Source of the DNA: Octopus sinensis
Lineage: Eukaryota
NCBI RefSeq assembly: GCF_006345805.1
Contig: NC_043008.1
Span: 64,976,001 to 65,040,000, forward strand
DNA length: 64,000 bases
Direction: 5' to 3'
Made by a program: the position numbers and the translations under genes. Below are positions 26,615-41,047 of the stretch, one piece after another (the first letter of the stretch is position 1; every line of letters begins with the position of its first letter). The notes below the pieces were generated by a model. That model saw only the letters and a list, made by a program, of their open reading frames with translations, did no database searches and was not told the DNA's origin.

Positions 26615-26978
26615 TCCTTTTTTATTTGTTTCGGTCCTTCGACACCAGCCATGCTGGAGCACCGCCTTTAGTCGAGAAAATCGACCCCAGGACTTATTCT
26701 TTGTAAGCCTAGTACTTATTCTATCGGTATCTAAGTTACAGGGACGTATACACCACCATCGGTTGTCAAGCGATGTTGGGGGAACAAACACAGACACACA
26801 AACATAAACACATATATTCATACATGTATATATACATATATACGACAAGCTTCTTTCAGTTTCTCTCTACCAAATCCACTTACAAGGTTTGGTCGGCCTG
26901 AGGCTATAGTAGAAGACACTTGTCCAAGTTGTCATGGGGATAGTAAGCAAGCTACTTGCCATACAGCCACTCTTGCGC
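26615..26978 (-). mobile_element. SINE family B
   Basis: Reverse complement of the family B head, body and tail. Confidence 0.8.
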
Positions 26979-28356
26979 CGTACACACCCGTCTCTTCGCC
27001 GTTCTATGTCTATATGTACATATATATGTGTATATGTATGTGCGTGTGTGTGTTTGTGTGTGCGTTTAGTCCCTGACTAAACACGACTAAACAGCAAGAT
27101 CTATACCCCAACGGCGAAGCAAACAGAGGAGGACAATCTCAATATATCTACATATATAGAATACAGGAACGTAGGCAAAGCCAACCTGCCTATCAAACTG
27201 TTCTGGGGAACAAACGCAAGACAAAGACTCACGCAAACATACACACATATATATCTTTCCACACTGGGGACAACTAAACATTCAGGTTAATTATGTTAAT
27301 GAAACATTTCCTTTACGTGTAGTCCATCTACATAACAAAGAAATTCGACGGACAACAATTACAATACAAAATGTAATTTCTATTAGATTTTAATTAAACG
27401 CTGACGTCAATAATTACACTGATTGTACTATTTGCATATGTCAGATTTACGTATATTTGTTTTGTTTGTCTTGCATCTTAGGTTGACTTTGGCAATTCAG
27501 AGATGTGAATATTTGGTTTACTACGATAAATGCTTTTATCTGTGACGGCGTACAAACTATTGCCCCTTCCACCACATATCGACAAAAGTAGTTTCACTAA
27601 TTATCTGCAAAGTAATTTGTAATTCATAGATATACGTAAATTTGTAGGAAATATATACACAAATACATATGTATACATGTATAATAAAAGTATGCATATA
27701 AAATCACACCTATATATATACATATATATATATATATAACATATAGATTAATATATATGTGTATATATATATATACGTGTGTGTGTCTGTGTGGGTAACA
27801 TCCAAGAATCTAAGTGTAGGAAGTCTGTAAGCTTCGAGCATTCTGTGGTAGGTATGAAAAACAAGTCAAAGACTATTCATTGGTGTCGAGGTTTGTAGGC
27901 CGAAGTTCGATAAGTTGAAAACATATTTGTATAACCCACGGCTATCAACTAGAGTTGCTATGAACGCAAATTAAGATCCAAATTACGGGAGTGAAACATG
28001 TAAAATGCAGCGTACATATGTTTTCTAGCTAGCAGATCTTCCGATATAATAATATCACAAAGAGGGATACTCAACTAGCTACTGATCAGGCCGAATATAC
28101 CTCAATTAAACGAAGCTTACCTTCTCGCTGGGAACCCAAGAAATAAAATGGTAGGTAAGTAAGAAAAGTGAAGGGAGACGTCAAATAGTTAGGAGTGAGG
28201 AATCGTACAAAGGGCAGACAGTTACTGTGAATATTAAGCTGGGGTCTCTTTACTATGTCAACAGTAAACAAATAATTTGGCGTACCCATGCGTACACAAT
28301 TATACAGAATAAAAATATAAATATTGTTGCATTTCAGAATGGTCTTTTTTTTTTAC

Positions 28357-28690
28357 AAATAAACACACGCAGTATATATTCGTTCTTCATTCGCTTATTA
28401 CTGTTTTTATGTTAACTCATGTCCATTGCCGGAAATCTTTTGTCACACATCTGTGACCTCTTCAGTAATACTTTCCCTCTTCATGTGTGCTCCTGCTCCG
28501 CTTAAACCATTCTGTTCTTCTATGCGCATATAAGCATACACATTATAGAAAAACAGAATACACGCGGATGGAAAGTGTTGCTGAAGAGGTAACAGATGTG
28601 TGACTAATGATTTCAGGATAATGGAAATGAGTTAGCATAAGAGCAGTAATAAACGAGTGAAGAAAGAATATATAGTGCGTGTGTTTATTT
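28357..28690. mobile_element. Foldback element with ~120 bp inverted arms, each holding a decayed outward-facing HHR-like motif
   Basis: 28357-28476 matches the reverse complement of 28570-28690 at roughly 80% by eye. Both arms carry CTGAAGA-G-GT(C/A)ACA-GATG-TGTGAC. A third copy of the arm lies at ~42893-42996. Confidence 0.65.
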
Positions 28691-29000
28691 TCCAAAAGAA
28701 TGCCTATACCTAAATACAACGCTATCTGTTTCAGCGTATGATTTCACATCAGGAATCTTGCAATACAAATTCAGAGAGATAAATGATAGAAGAAATGGAA
28801 TAGCCAAGATGAAAAGGAAAGAAAGAGGTCATATATGTAGGAGTAGAATCGATTAGAGTTCTTAGACAAAAAAAAGAGGGGATGTGGAAGAAAGAGATAT
28901 AGGATAGATATAGGACTAGAATGTTGAAATGTTTAAGAGGGAACATAGTATGTTCATATATATATATATATATAATATATTTTATTTTCGTAAACTTTCC

Positions 29001-29096
<96 letters not shown>

Positions 29097-29399
29097 TTGC
29101 TATTAAATTAAACTTTTGTATGTCCAAATTTGCTCTAATGCGGTTTCTTTTTTTCAATATTTATTTTTGCTTGCAATAGCCGGTTCTTTTTGCCAAAATA
29201 TCATATATCCAGCTGCTTCAGATGCCAAGATGGCAAAAATTATTAAAGTGTAGTACAACGGTTTTGCTATGGAATGGTAAAACTATTTTTTCATTCTCTG
29301 TAAAAGCAACGTTATATAGGAAATATTTTTTCATTATGATCATATACAATTTGCTTGATAGAGTCCTGCAGATTGACGAAACCAAGGTAGAAACTATTC

Positions 29400-30470
29400 T
29401 TAGGCATCTCTGCTAAAAATATCCCAATTCCATCATGGAATACATTTATGGAAGCCCTATTTTAGAAGACGAATGAATCCATTAATAGAATAGAATACGT
29501 ACAACCAGAAATCGTATAAAAACCCGCCTCCAATTCCTCTGTTAGCAAATTTTGAGAAGGATCTTATGCGTGTGATTAAAAACTTAAAATTTTCTAACTA
29601 CACTAACTCATTCTAGAATGAGCTTCCCAAAACTATATCAGAAATATAATCTTCGCCAAATCTACATGTTTTCTTCGATAAAACTGGCAACCTCTTTTCT
29701 TTACTTTTGGAAACATACAACAATTTAATATTAAAAAAGCTAAACACTAATAATACACATTATTAGCTTATCGTAGATCTGAAATTATTAAACAGAACTG
29801 AACAATATGAACCCCAAATACTTAATTTTACCCTGAAAGACCTCAAGTTTAATTTCCTCTCCAAACCCTCCACCCGACTCATCTGTCCCACAAAGTCAGA
29901 TTTAGACAAAATTAGTAAATGTATAATAGAACGTGTTAGAGCTAATGTTGCGCTCCCTCTTTGGAACTCAACAGACGATGTCATTAACTGGTTTTTATTC
30001 CCTCAAGGATAAAAACCGTATTAATATTATTCAGTTTGTTATATCAGTTTGATATTGATACTATGCATCGATATCGCCGATTCTCTTAGACAAAGCATTG
30101 ATTGTTGCTCGTAAACAAATACCAAGGTGCTAAATTTTGGGGATCTCAAACTCAATTTAAATACAAATTTATATTACCCATTTCAAAAGCCTTACCAAAC
30201 TTTGCATTATATAAACGTCCTTTCAAATCATCCTAGATTAACCCTTGTCAGCGTAATTACAGGCATTCCAATAAGAATTTCTAATTATCAGCGAATGAAG
30301 AAATATTTAATACCCACGCTACTTACTATAACCAGGCTCTAGAATTAAGCGGATTCCGATGAAGAATATTCTATACTTGTGATACTAAACTTAAAAGCAA
30401 AATAGCAAATGTCTTAACCGAAACTAATCTCGGCCTTATAAGCCTCCATTTCAAACACAATAACGGGGGG
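29400..30470 (+). pseudogene. Decayed Penelope-like reverse transcriptase with an internal deletion
   Basis: Frame-switching translation gives KNIPIPS, ANFEKDLMRVIKNLKF, DKTGNL, FTLKDLKFNFLSKPSTRLICPTKSDLDKISKCII, LWNSTDDVINW, QFDID, LNLNTNLYYPFQKP..YINVLSNHP and ANEEIFN..YYNQALELSGF, which match PLE RT and thumb motifs. The catalytic DD region appears deleted. It ends at (TA)n. Confidence 0.75.
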
Positions 30471-30499
30471 GAAGCCACTATATATATATATATATATAT

Positions 30500-31358
30500 G
30501 AAATAGTGTATGAATAATTTATGCATTTATACATAAAGGAAGAGACCTTTAACAGGACACCTTACACACTAGAGTGATCAGTTAAAGCTCAACCACGAAA
30601 AAGAGTAATGTAATTTCAAAGGGAATGAAAATAAAAATATTTTTGTAGTTACCCTAAGACTCGAGTCTGTGCATCAGTGAGCAAATATAGTAATTTGTCA
30701 TCCGTGCTTTTTCGGTAAGTGCGCCAAAATTAATGCCTATTTAAGCAGCACCGAAAATACATATGTTACATACTTATACTTTATAATTTTCAAATCCACT
30801 ATTTTTACACTATTTTATATAAAAAAATATATTTCTATTGACTTTATTACGCATGCTAGCCACCGGTAGGGAAATTTCTCTAAATTTTCTACCCTTATTA
30901 TTTTCACAGTAAAATTTCCGTAGTTTCGAAGCAATTTCGTACCATTTGCTGCCGAAAGTAAGTGCGCTTGCGCGTTGGATTTGATAAATATAATGTGTAA
31001 GTATGTAGCACGTGCATTTTCGGTGCTGCATAAATATGCTTTAATATTAGTGCCCTTAGTGTAAAAGCAAGGATGACAAATGAATTTATTTGCACATTGA
31101 TGCAGAAACTCGAGTCTAAGTGTACCTACAAAAATATTTTAATTTTCATTCCCTCTGAAATTACTCCTACTCGCAGTTTGGGTTTTAACTGCCCTTTCTA
31201 GCAAGTAACATGTCCTGTTAAAGGCCACCTCTTTTGTGTATAAGTAGGTAAATTATTTGTACGCCATTTTATATGAAAAATATGTCGTCTATTGACTTTA
31301 TTACGCATGCTGGCCACTGCAACGAGAATTTCTCTAAATTTTCTACCCTTATTATTTT
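30500..31358. repeat. Old foldback (~290 bp arms) with an ~80 bp direct repeat
   Basis: Inverted anchors: CCTTTAACAGGACA (30547) / TGTCCTGTTAAAGG (31211) and GCAGCACCGAAAA (30745) / TTTTCGGTGCTGC (31017). Direct repeat 30823-30903 resembles 31278-31358. Confidence 0.7.
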
Positions 31359-31364
31359 AACAGT

Positions 31365-31402
<38 letters not shown>

Positions 31403-31830
31403 ATTTGCATTGAACTACATAGATGCTCAAATATATGATACATAAAGATACGTATGTATGCATTCATATAGATACATTATAGGTACATGCAGGTGCATAT
31501 ATTTATATATGTATGCATGTGTGTACGTGTGTATGCATGCCTTTATGAGTTTATTCTGCATGCGTTTATGTGTTTATTTTGTATTTATGTGGCTACGCTC
31601 AACATACGAGTTAGAAGTGATTTGTTAAAGATTACAGATTACTTCTAACGCTATATGATAACGTGGTTATTATTTACCATCACTCTCATTCTATGTGTGT
31701 GTGTATATATATATATATATACATGCATATAAACATATATGCATATATATATGTATGTAAATATACATATATATACATATTTATATACGTATACTTATAT
31801 TTGTGTTTGCATATGCAAGCAAACATCTCC

Positions 31831-31870
<40 letters not shown>

Positions 31871-31886
31871 CAATCTATCTATCTAG

Positions 31887-31937
<51 letters not shown>

Positions 31938-32350
31938 ATAGATATATATATATAATATATATACATACACACATACACACACACACACACACATATATAT
32001 ATATGCATATACGCATGCGTACATGCATACATATATACATATATACATAACTACATATGTGCAGAAGTGTGTATGTGCATGATGTGTATTGTTTGCGGGT
32101 AAATAACGAGATATGTCTATTAGATGTGTTTTAGTTATTCCTCCAACATATCAATTTGTTTTCATTATAAACACATAAAATGAATGCTTGGAATTCATCC
32201 ATATTTCCTATCCCAAGTACGTAATAATATATTTATTCAACTATATTCATGGCAATAAATAATGGACGGGTCTAGTATAATTACATGATTTTCATTAGTC
32301 ATTTCCAATACATAAATGCATAATATATACATACATATATATATATATAC

Positions 32351-32532
<182 letters not shown>

Positions 32533-35500
32533 CGTCTTTCCAGATATGCTGTGCAGCATTGTAGAGCAACGTATTATTACTGTCGTGTTCATGCGGTTCT
32601 TTATTATTTCGTGATGTCAATGTTATGTTCGTGTACAATGCATTATCGAAAGAAAATATATGTTTACGTGATATGACACCTATGTGTCGTTGCTACGTTA
32701 TGTCAGTAGAAATCCTGATTGCATGCATCGTAAGACAGAGGTATGTGATTATAGCATCGCTTATGCAGAGGTATAATTTACGCAGCGAAGTACATGTACA
32801 CATGACGAAGTCATTACCACATTGTCTTGCCCAAAAAACTCTTCTCATCTAAATGGGTAAGACATATCTTTCGGAGTGATTTAAATTTAATCCTTTGTAG
32901 AATTTAAGTCGGTCGTTATCAAAGTAACATGGTTCCTTTCTTCAAGTCAAAACAGCTGTAGGCTTTTGTACTTATGCGACTTAACTGATGTGCACATGTA
33001 TGAATGTATGTATATATATGCGTGTCTGTGTTGTGGATGAACTTGTACACGTGTGACTGATATGCATATCACGTTATTAAACAAGTGTCTTCTCTTCATT
33101 ACAGCTGATCTATTTCGGTCATGTATTCCATATATGTACGTATTTGAGCATATCTTCAACCGGGAACATCTGATAGAGAATCCTCGGAATTGTTTAAAAT
33201 ATTTACTGTACAACTAACCCATTGTATCTGGAGAACACAGATCAATTTGTTGTTCTTTTTCTCACAATACCATTGTTTTCTCACAATACCATCATTTCTA
33301 GTATATTTTATGCTGACGTATTGTTATGAAGCTCCGCCGAGGTCCATTTTCCCTTTCATCCTTTCGGAGTCGATAAGATAAGTAAAAGGTGAGTATTGGA
33401 ACATTGAGCCATAATTTGAAACTATCCTCGGGACGTAATACTATAATTAATGTGTTACAAGTTTGGAAATGAAATGATGTCTGCAATATTGATAATGAAA
33501 TCAGCACTAGCTTGGTTATGAAGTTGATCATTAAAACTGTCTGAACATAATATCATTAGTGTCGTATATTGCTAATTGAACTGAGAAATTATATTTTACT
33601 GATTGCAATAATTCTATCATAGTGAACAATGTGTTGGAAAAATGCATAGCTATTCTCTATGAATTTCTGAGATCCAATGAAGCCAAGATTTCTTAATTTT
33701 ACATTTTCCAGCTGACAATAATGAGTAGTATCTGTATTTCGAAAGGGCCAGCCTTGTCACACTGTGTCACGCTGAATCTCATTGTAAACTACGTTAAGGG
33801 CACGCGTATCTGTAGAGTGCTCAGCTACTTACACGTTAATTTCATGAGTAGGGTGTTCCGTTCATCGGATCAAGTAGAGCCCTCGTCGTCGTAACTGATG
33901 GAATGCCAGAGATGGGCAAAATAAAGTACTTCTATAGTACGATTCATTTTATCTCCTAATCACAGATATCCCAAATTTGTTTGCCTGACATATTAGATTT
34001 CCTGGTAATGGCACACTCGTTGACACCTATAAGCAAATGTAAAGTAAAAAGATCTGGAACAGTAGTACGTTTCTAACAAGGCCGCACAGTTGGTTTACTT
34101 TAGCCGAAAACAAGACTTATATTCATTTTATCGATCCCTTATGAATGGAAATCAACGATGATCTCAGTGCAGTTTGAACTCAAGACGTAAAGTGAAAAAC
34201 TGAATATGGCAGCTTAGGGATAATAAATGATAACTCACCAAACCTGTTTCATCACCTACTCCTATAATTTATTTGTTGTGCTACTGTTGCACGCACCGAT
34301 GAAAACGTCGAATGCAATGTTTAGGGAATTATAGGGTCTTAATTAAGGGTTGCTCCAGCTAAGTTTGAGTTCTTTTATAATTAGTTTTAAACTGTCTTAC
34401 TCACTGAACTGTAGGTTGTGTATCATTAATCTTCCTAGGGATATTGTATCGGTTCATCTGACATTTCATATACATCGACAGAGTTCTTTTTTTTTTGCCT
34501 GCTACTTTATTTACTGTGAACATATTACGTATTCTACAGTATCTTGACGAAAGAAAACAGAATAATTCCATTTGCTGATGAATGCTAATATAACTCATTC
34601 GGCAAAATGATGAGAAAATATTTAATTCTGGGTACCTCACACAATATACGGGAATAAAAGAGATTGTTTTTTTCTTTTGCTTGAAAAGATAGACGACTAC
34701 CAGACCACTGCTATCAAAGAAGAAACAAATTTTTGTTATAACATAGGAACGAATAACAATATTGGGCTCAGATAATGATTTTATTCATGAATGAATAATA
34801 TTACAATAATTCCAAAACGAAATGTAAAAGAGTAGACTATAATTCAATTGTCCAAGGTGTAAAAGAATAAGACAAAGAAGAAGCGGCACGCGGTTGAAAA
34901 GAATAATTTCATAAAATGAGTCAATGTATGTCACCTGATAGAGTCAATATCGTGTCACCAGATTGGATGTATAGGAGTAAGCTAAAAGATAAATGATATG
35001 AGAATAAGAATATGTCACAAGATAGAATCGTATTACCTGATAGAATGAATTAACATAAAAAAGTTTTCTGTCGAGACAGCTGGGGTTGTTTTAGTTTTCA
35101 TGTGAAATAACGAATGCTTTATATCATGATATGAAATAGAAACAAAAAAGGAAGAAGTGGCTGGAGGAGATTCTGTTCTTGAAATCTAAGCCGGAACACC
35201 TCTGTCGTTGCTTATTTAAATACAAAATTATCCACCAAATCATTTCACTTTAATTGATCAGATGTGGGAAATTATGTTCATCTTTGATATAGGGGCTACC
35301 GTTCTGTTACCATATCAGTATCCAAATATTTGAATGTCTATTATCTGTAATTATTGCTAGTGGAATTGATGAAATTGCTTTCGCATATAGTAAGGGTTTT
35401 AAGGTTCATCAAGAGTCTCAGTTGTTGATTGACGACATATATAATTTTTGAGCCGAGATTTTTCTTAGGAAAACTTCAGGTAGTTGTGGGTTCACACGAA

Positions 35501-36638
35501 ATGATAGATATGATAACGCCACTGATTTCTCTTTTATCATTTATCCAGGCTGTTAACATTGCACTGTACTGTACACGATAAATATGTTGCTCTTCTGGCT
35601 CTATAATATATAACCGAGGTAATAAATTCAGTCGTGCTTTTCGATATTTTTCGATATATAGTCTGTTGACTTGCGACAACAAATCTGACTGAAGCAAATC
35701 TGCATTTCAATAGCATGTCCGATTGAGGCAATCTGAAGATCTGAGGAATTTACGTAAAATTGTCACATGGTATGTCCGCGATTTCTCTTTAAAAGAATCA
35801 AAACTACGTGTGTATTGATCAATGAATTATCGACAAATCAAAAACAATTAAAATGCATAAAAATGTTGTGATGAGAAAATATCTAAATATCGATTTGAAA
35901 TCAGCGTAGCAAAACCATCTAGTATCATTTGTTTCCCTGTAATAATATTTTTCGTTTGTTATACAATCTATACAAAATTAAGCTATTGCATGTGGTATAG
36001 TAAGGAATATCTATCTGTTTATTACAACCCGGATGATATTAAGTCTATTTCAGCTTTTATATTTCATATTTGAAAATCTGTATTATCTGATATATAAAAA
36101 TGACAATTACACTTTAGATACATTCTCCATGATATTATTTGATGGAACCTACATAAAATACAGAGGTAGTTATGGATGAGATTCCTAATCAATATGCATA
36201 TACCTATATGTAAGATGCCTAACTATGAATAGAAAAATACTCAAATATTTAGGGATATCATTAATATATTTATGCTTACCATTAGCAACATTATTCATAC
36301 ATACACACGCACACGCATATACACACTCGCACATGCACAATATATAAGCATAAACAGAGAGATGTGGTGGCATACACAAAAATACAAATACAAATATTCA
36401 TACAAATATAATATAAAATCATATATGTGTGTTTGTGCGTGTGTTTGTGTGTGTGTGTATGTGTGCGTATGCGGGCATGGTAAACTAAATGGATATGATG
36501 CATATGTACAGTATAATTATATGTGTATAATATACACATACCCACATGCATGTATACGACTAATATCTATTTATATGTATAGCATAATTTTATATATCTA
36601 CGTATATATATATATATTTATTTATATACATACATACA

Positions 36639-36675
<37 letters not shown>

Positions 36676-36782
36676 ATATATATATATATAGTTAGATAGA
36701 TATATACTCTATATATGCGTTTGTGTGTGTTTGTGTGTGTGTTTGTGTGTGTGTACGCGCGTGTGTGTGTGTGCGTGTGTGT

Positions 36783-36818
<36 letters not shown>

Positions 36819-37146
36819 GTGTGTGTGAGGTGTATATATACATACATTTCCAGTTGTGATCAGACGTCGAGAGTTTACATTCATAGCACGTAGAGGTTAA
36901 AAATGTTTCGGAGAAGGTGAAATATTGTTAGAAGAGTGTTGTTAGAAAATGTTCTCCAATGCATACAGATGAGACTACTGGACACGGTGGGTGGGTGGCT
37001 GGCTGGCTGGGGGGCATTGTTGATTAAAGACACACCATAAAATATCGAACGTTTCACTGTCCTTAAAACTGTCTCTAACAAAACGGAGTTAATGTAATGC
37101 TACAATGGTTCTGTTATGACTGCCCTTAATTTTCACCGCTATCTCC

Positions 37147-37229
<83 letters not shown>

Positions 37230-37298
37230 CATACATACGTAAATACATATATATATATATGCACACATATATATATCTATGTACATATATTTATATAT

Positions 37299-37333
<35 letters not shown>

Positions 37334-37739
37334 ATGTATGTGTGTGTAGATATGCGTGTTTATATATATATATATATAAACATATATTTATGTATTTCTT
37401 TATTCCCCACAGAAGGCTAAATATAGAGGGGACATGGGAATAAGTCGATTTTATCGACCACAGTGCGTAACTGGTACTGATTTAATCGACCCCAAAAGGA
37501 TGAAAGGCGAAGTTGACATCGGCGGAATTTGAACTCAGAACGTAGCGACAGACGAAATACTGCTAAGCCTTTCGCCTGGAGGGCTAGCGTTTCTGCCAGC
37601 TCGCCGCCTATACATATATATGCGTATATATATTTAAAATGTAAAGATACATATACAAACATGCATGTACATACATTCATATACATACATGCACACATAC
37701 TCATACATACATACATACATACTTACATAACCACACACG

Positions 37740-37762
<23 letters not shown>

Positions 37763-37771
<9 letters not shown>

Positions 37772-40700
37772 TTAGAGACAAAACCACTATTTTGCAAAAC
37801 AAACAAGGAAAGACTTAATCAATACATAAAATTTTAATAAAAAGTCAAAAAAACCGCCACTACAATTGTTTCTTGTCTTGATCGACAATCTTCAGGTGGA
37901 CTTCCAATCTAAAATATCAATATTTTAAAATATAAAAATAATAATTTTAAAATAATTAAAGTATTAATGAAAAACTATAAATATATAATCTATTTATAAT
38001 CTATATATAATCCATATATAATCAATATATAAACAATATATAAACTAAAATAAACCTATCAACAATTAAATATAAAATATAAAATATAAAATATAAAATA
38101 TAAAACAAAACAAAAAATAAACTATATATACACCCATACACATATAACTAATTATATATAACCATATCTAAATACATACACTAAATCACACACCTATATA
38201 TATATCCCTATACATACACATAAAAACGTCTAGGCAACGATAAATAAATAAAATAGCTAAATACTTCAACACAATACTTATTCATACTCCCTCACACACA
38301 CATACAACCCACATTCCCGCTCTAGAAACGGACATCACTTAAAATTATGAACGTAGAAATGGAATAAATGGAATTAAAAATTATATTCACTTGGTAAAAC
38401 GAACACTACTTAAAAATTATGAATGAAATAATGCAATAAAACAACAGACATCGCAAATAGACACAAATTACTACGAATTCCTTAACAAAACTACCATGAT
38501 AAACCAAAACTCATAAAAACATATAATGATAAAATCTCCCTTTACTAAACTCTATAACATACCTATATAGCAATCCCCCTAACCTAAACATTCACACACA
38601 AATACACACACGTAAACCACACACCCACGACATATACAAATACCCACCCCACTTACACATACCTATACATACATATAAACCTCAACATATACTCCAAAAA
38701 CCCACTCAACCCCACACAGACAAATAAACACATACATCCCCAAACCTAAATAGCAAACCCATAAACACATTCACACACAAATATACATACGTAAAACACA
38801 CACCATATACATACTCACCAAACTCGACATATACAACAATATTAACACACCCACATTCATACAGATAAACAAACTACACAACCAAAATACGCACACACTC
38901 ACACCCAATCCCACATACATAAACACTCCAAAGAAAAACAACATTATTACACATAATACGATATATAAAATACATCGTAAGTAACCAGAATATCAAAAAT
39001 AACAATATGACATAAGGAGAAATAATATACATACTTTCAAGTCAGTTTCAAATTATGAAGTGAAATTAAATTCTAATCCGTTAAAAACATCAAACCAAAA
39101 TTACGTTACCATAGGAACATAACTTATGTATAAAAAGAATACGCGCTATGGAAGCAAACCTCACTTAAAATTATGAATGGAGAAATAGAATAAATGGAAT
39201 TAAAAATTATATACACGCGGTAAACCAACATTATTTAAAAAAATTATGAATGGATTCTTTTATAAAACTACCATGATAAACTAAAACTCACAAAAACATA
39301 AATGATAAAACCTCCCTTTACTAAACCCTATAACATACTTATATAGCAATCCCTTTAACCTATACATTCACACACAAATACACACACGTAAACCACAACC
39401 CATAACAAATACAAACACCCACTCCACTCACACACACCCACAAGTACATATAAGCCTCAACATATACACCAAACAAAATTACGTTACCAAGGAACTTAAC
39501 ATATGTATAAAAAGTATTCCCGCTCTAGAAACGAACATCTTTTAAAAATTATGAATGGAGAAATGGAATAAATGGAATTAAAAATAATATTCACGTGGCA
39601 AAACGAACACCACTCAAAAATTATGAATGAAACAATGTAATAAAACAACAAACATCGTAAATAGACAAATTACCACGAATTCCCTAAAAAAACCATGATA
39701 AACCAAAACTCATAAAAACATATAACGATAAAATCTCCCTTTGCTAAACTCTATAACAAACCTATATAGCAATCCCCCTAAACTAAACATTCACACACAA
39801 ATACACACACGTAAACCACAGACCCACGACTTATACAAATACCCACCTCACTCACACATACCTATACTAACTTATAAACCTCAATATACACCAAAAACCC
39901 ACTCCCTCCCCACACAGACAAATCAACACATAGATCCCCAAACCTATATAACAAACCCATATACACATTCACACACAAACACACACACACAACAGATACA
40001 TATACTCCCTCACATATACGCATATACATACTCACTAAACTCGATATATACAACAATATTTACACACCCACACTCATACAGATAAATAAATTATACAACT
40101 AAAAAACGCACACACTCACACACAATCTCACATACATAAACACTCCAATAAAAACAACATTAAATACATCGTAATTAACCAGAATATCAAAAATAACAAT
40201 ATGACATAAGGAGAAATAAAATACATACTTACAAGTCAGTTTCAAATTATGAAGTGAAATTAAATTCTAAGCCGTTAAAAAAATCAAACCAAAATTACGT
40301 TACCATAGAAACATAACTTATGTATAAAAAGAATACGCGCCATGGAAAGCAAACGTCATTTAAAATTATGAATGGAGAAATAGAATAAATGGAACTAAAA
40401 ACTATATCCACGTCGCAAACCAACACTACTTAAAAAAATTATTATGAACGGATTCTTTAATATACACCAAACAAAATTACGTTACCAAGGAACTTAACAT
40501 ATGTATAAAAAGTATTCCCGCTCTGGAAACGAACATCTTTTAAAATTATGAATGGAGAAATGGAATAAATGGAATTAAAAATAATATTCACGTGGCAAAA
40601 CGAACACCACTCAAAAATTATGAATGAAACAATATAATAAAACAACAAACATCGTAAATAGACAAATTACCACGAATTCCCTAAAAAAAAACCATGATAA

Positions 40701-41005
40701 ACCAAAACTCATAAAAACATATAACGATAAAATCTCCCTTTGCTAAACTCTATAACAAACCTATATAGCAATCCCCCTAACCTAAACATTCACACACAAA
40801 TACACACACGATCAAGACAAGAAACAATTGTAGTGGCGGTTTTTTTGACTTTTTATTAAAATTTTATGTATTGATTAAGTCTTTCCTTGTTTGTTTTGCA
40901 AAATAGTGGTTTTGTCTCTAATAATATTATATAATATTTTACTATAAAATTGGATTTAATCCTAAATCTGATTTTTTCCCTGTAAATTTGGATTTATTCC
41001 CTAAT
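37763..41005 (-). mobile_element. ~3.2 kb ORF-less PLE-like element with 120-bp inverted end copies, internal ~1.0-1.2 kb higher-order repeats and one HHR
   Basis: 37763-37883 is the reverse complement of 40810-40930. Internal blocks starting TTCCCGCTCT(A/G)GAAACG occur at 38314, 39517 and 40515. The + strand is strongly A/C-rich and G-poor. (TA)n lies at both ends. Confidence 0.75.
37857..37899 (-). ncRNA. Minimal type I hammerhead ribozyme
   Basis: Minus strand: CCAC-CTGAAGA-TTGTC-GATCAA-GACAA-GAAA-CAATTG-TA-GTGG. Stem I 4 bp, stem II 5 bp, palindromic stem III ACAATTGT. Confidence 0.85.
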
Positions 41006-41015
41006 ATTTATTATT

Positions 41016-41045
<30 letters not shown>

Positions 41046-41047
<2 letters not shown>

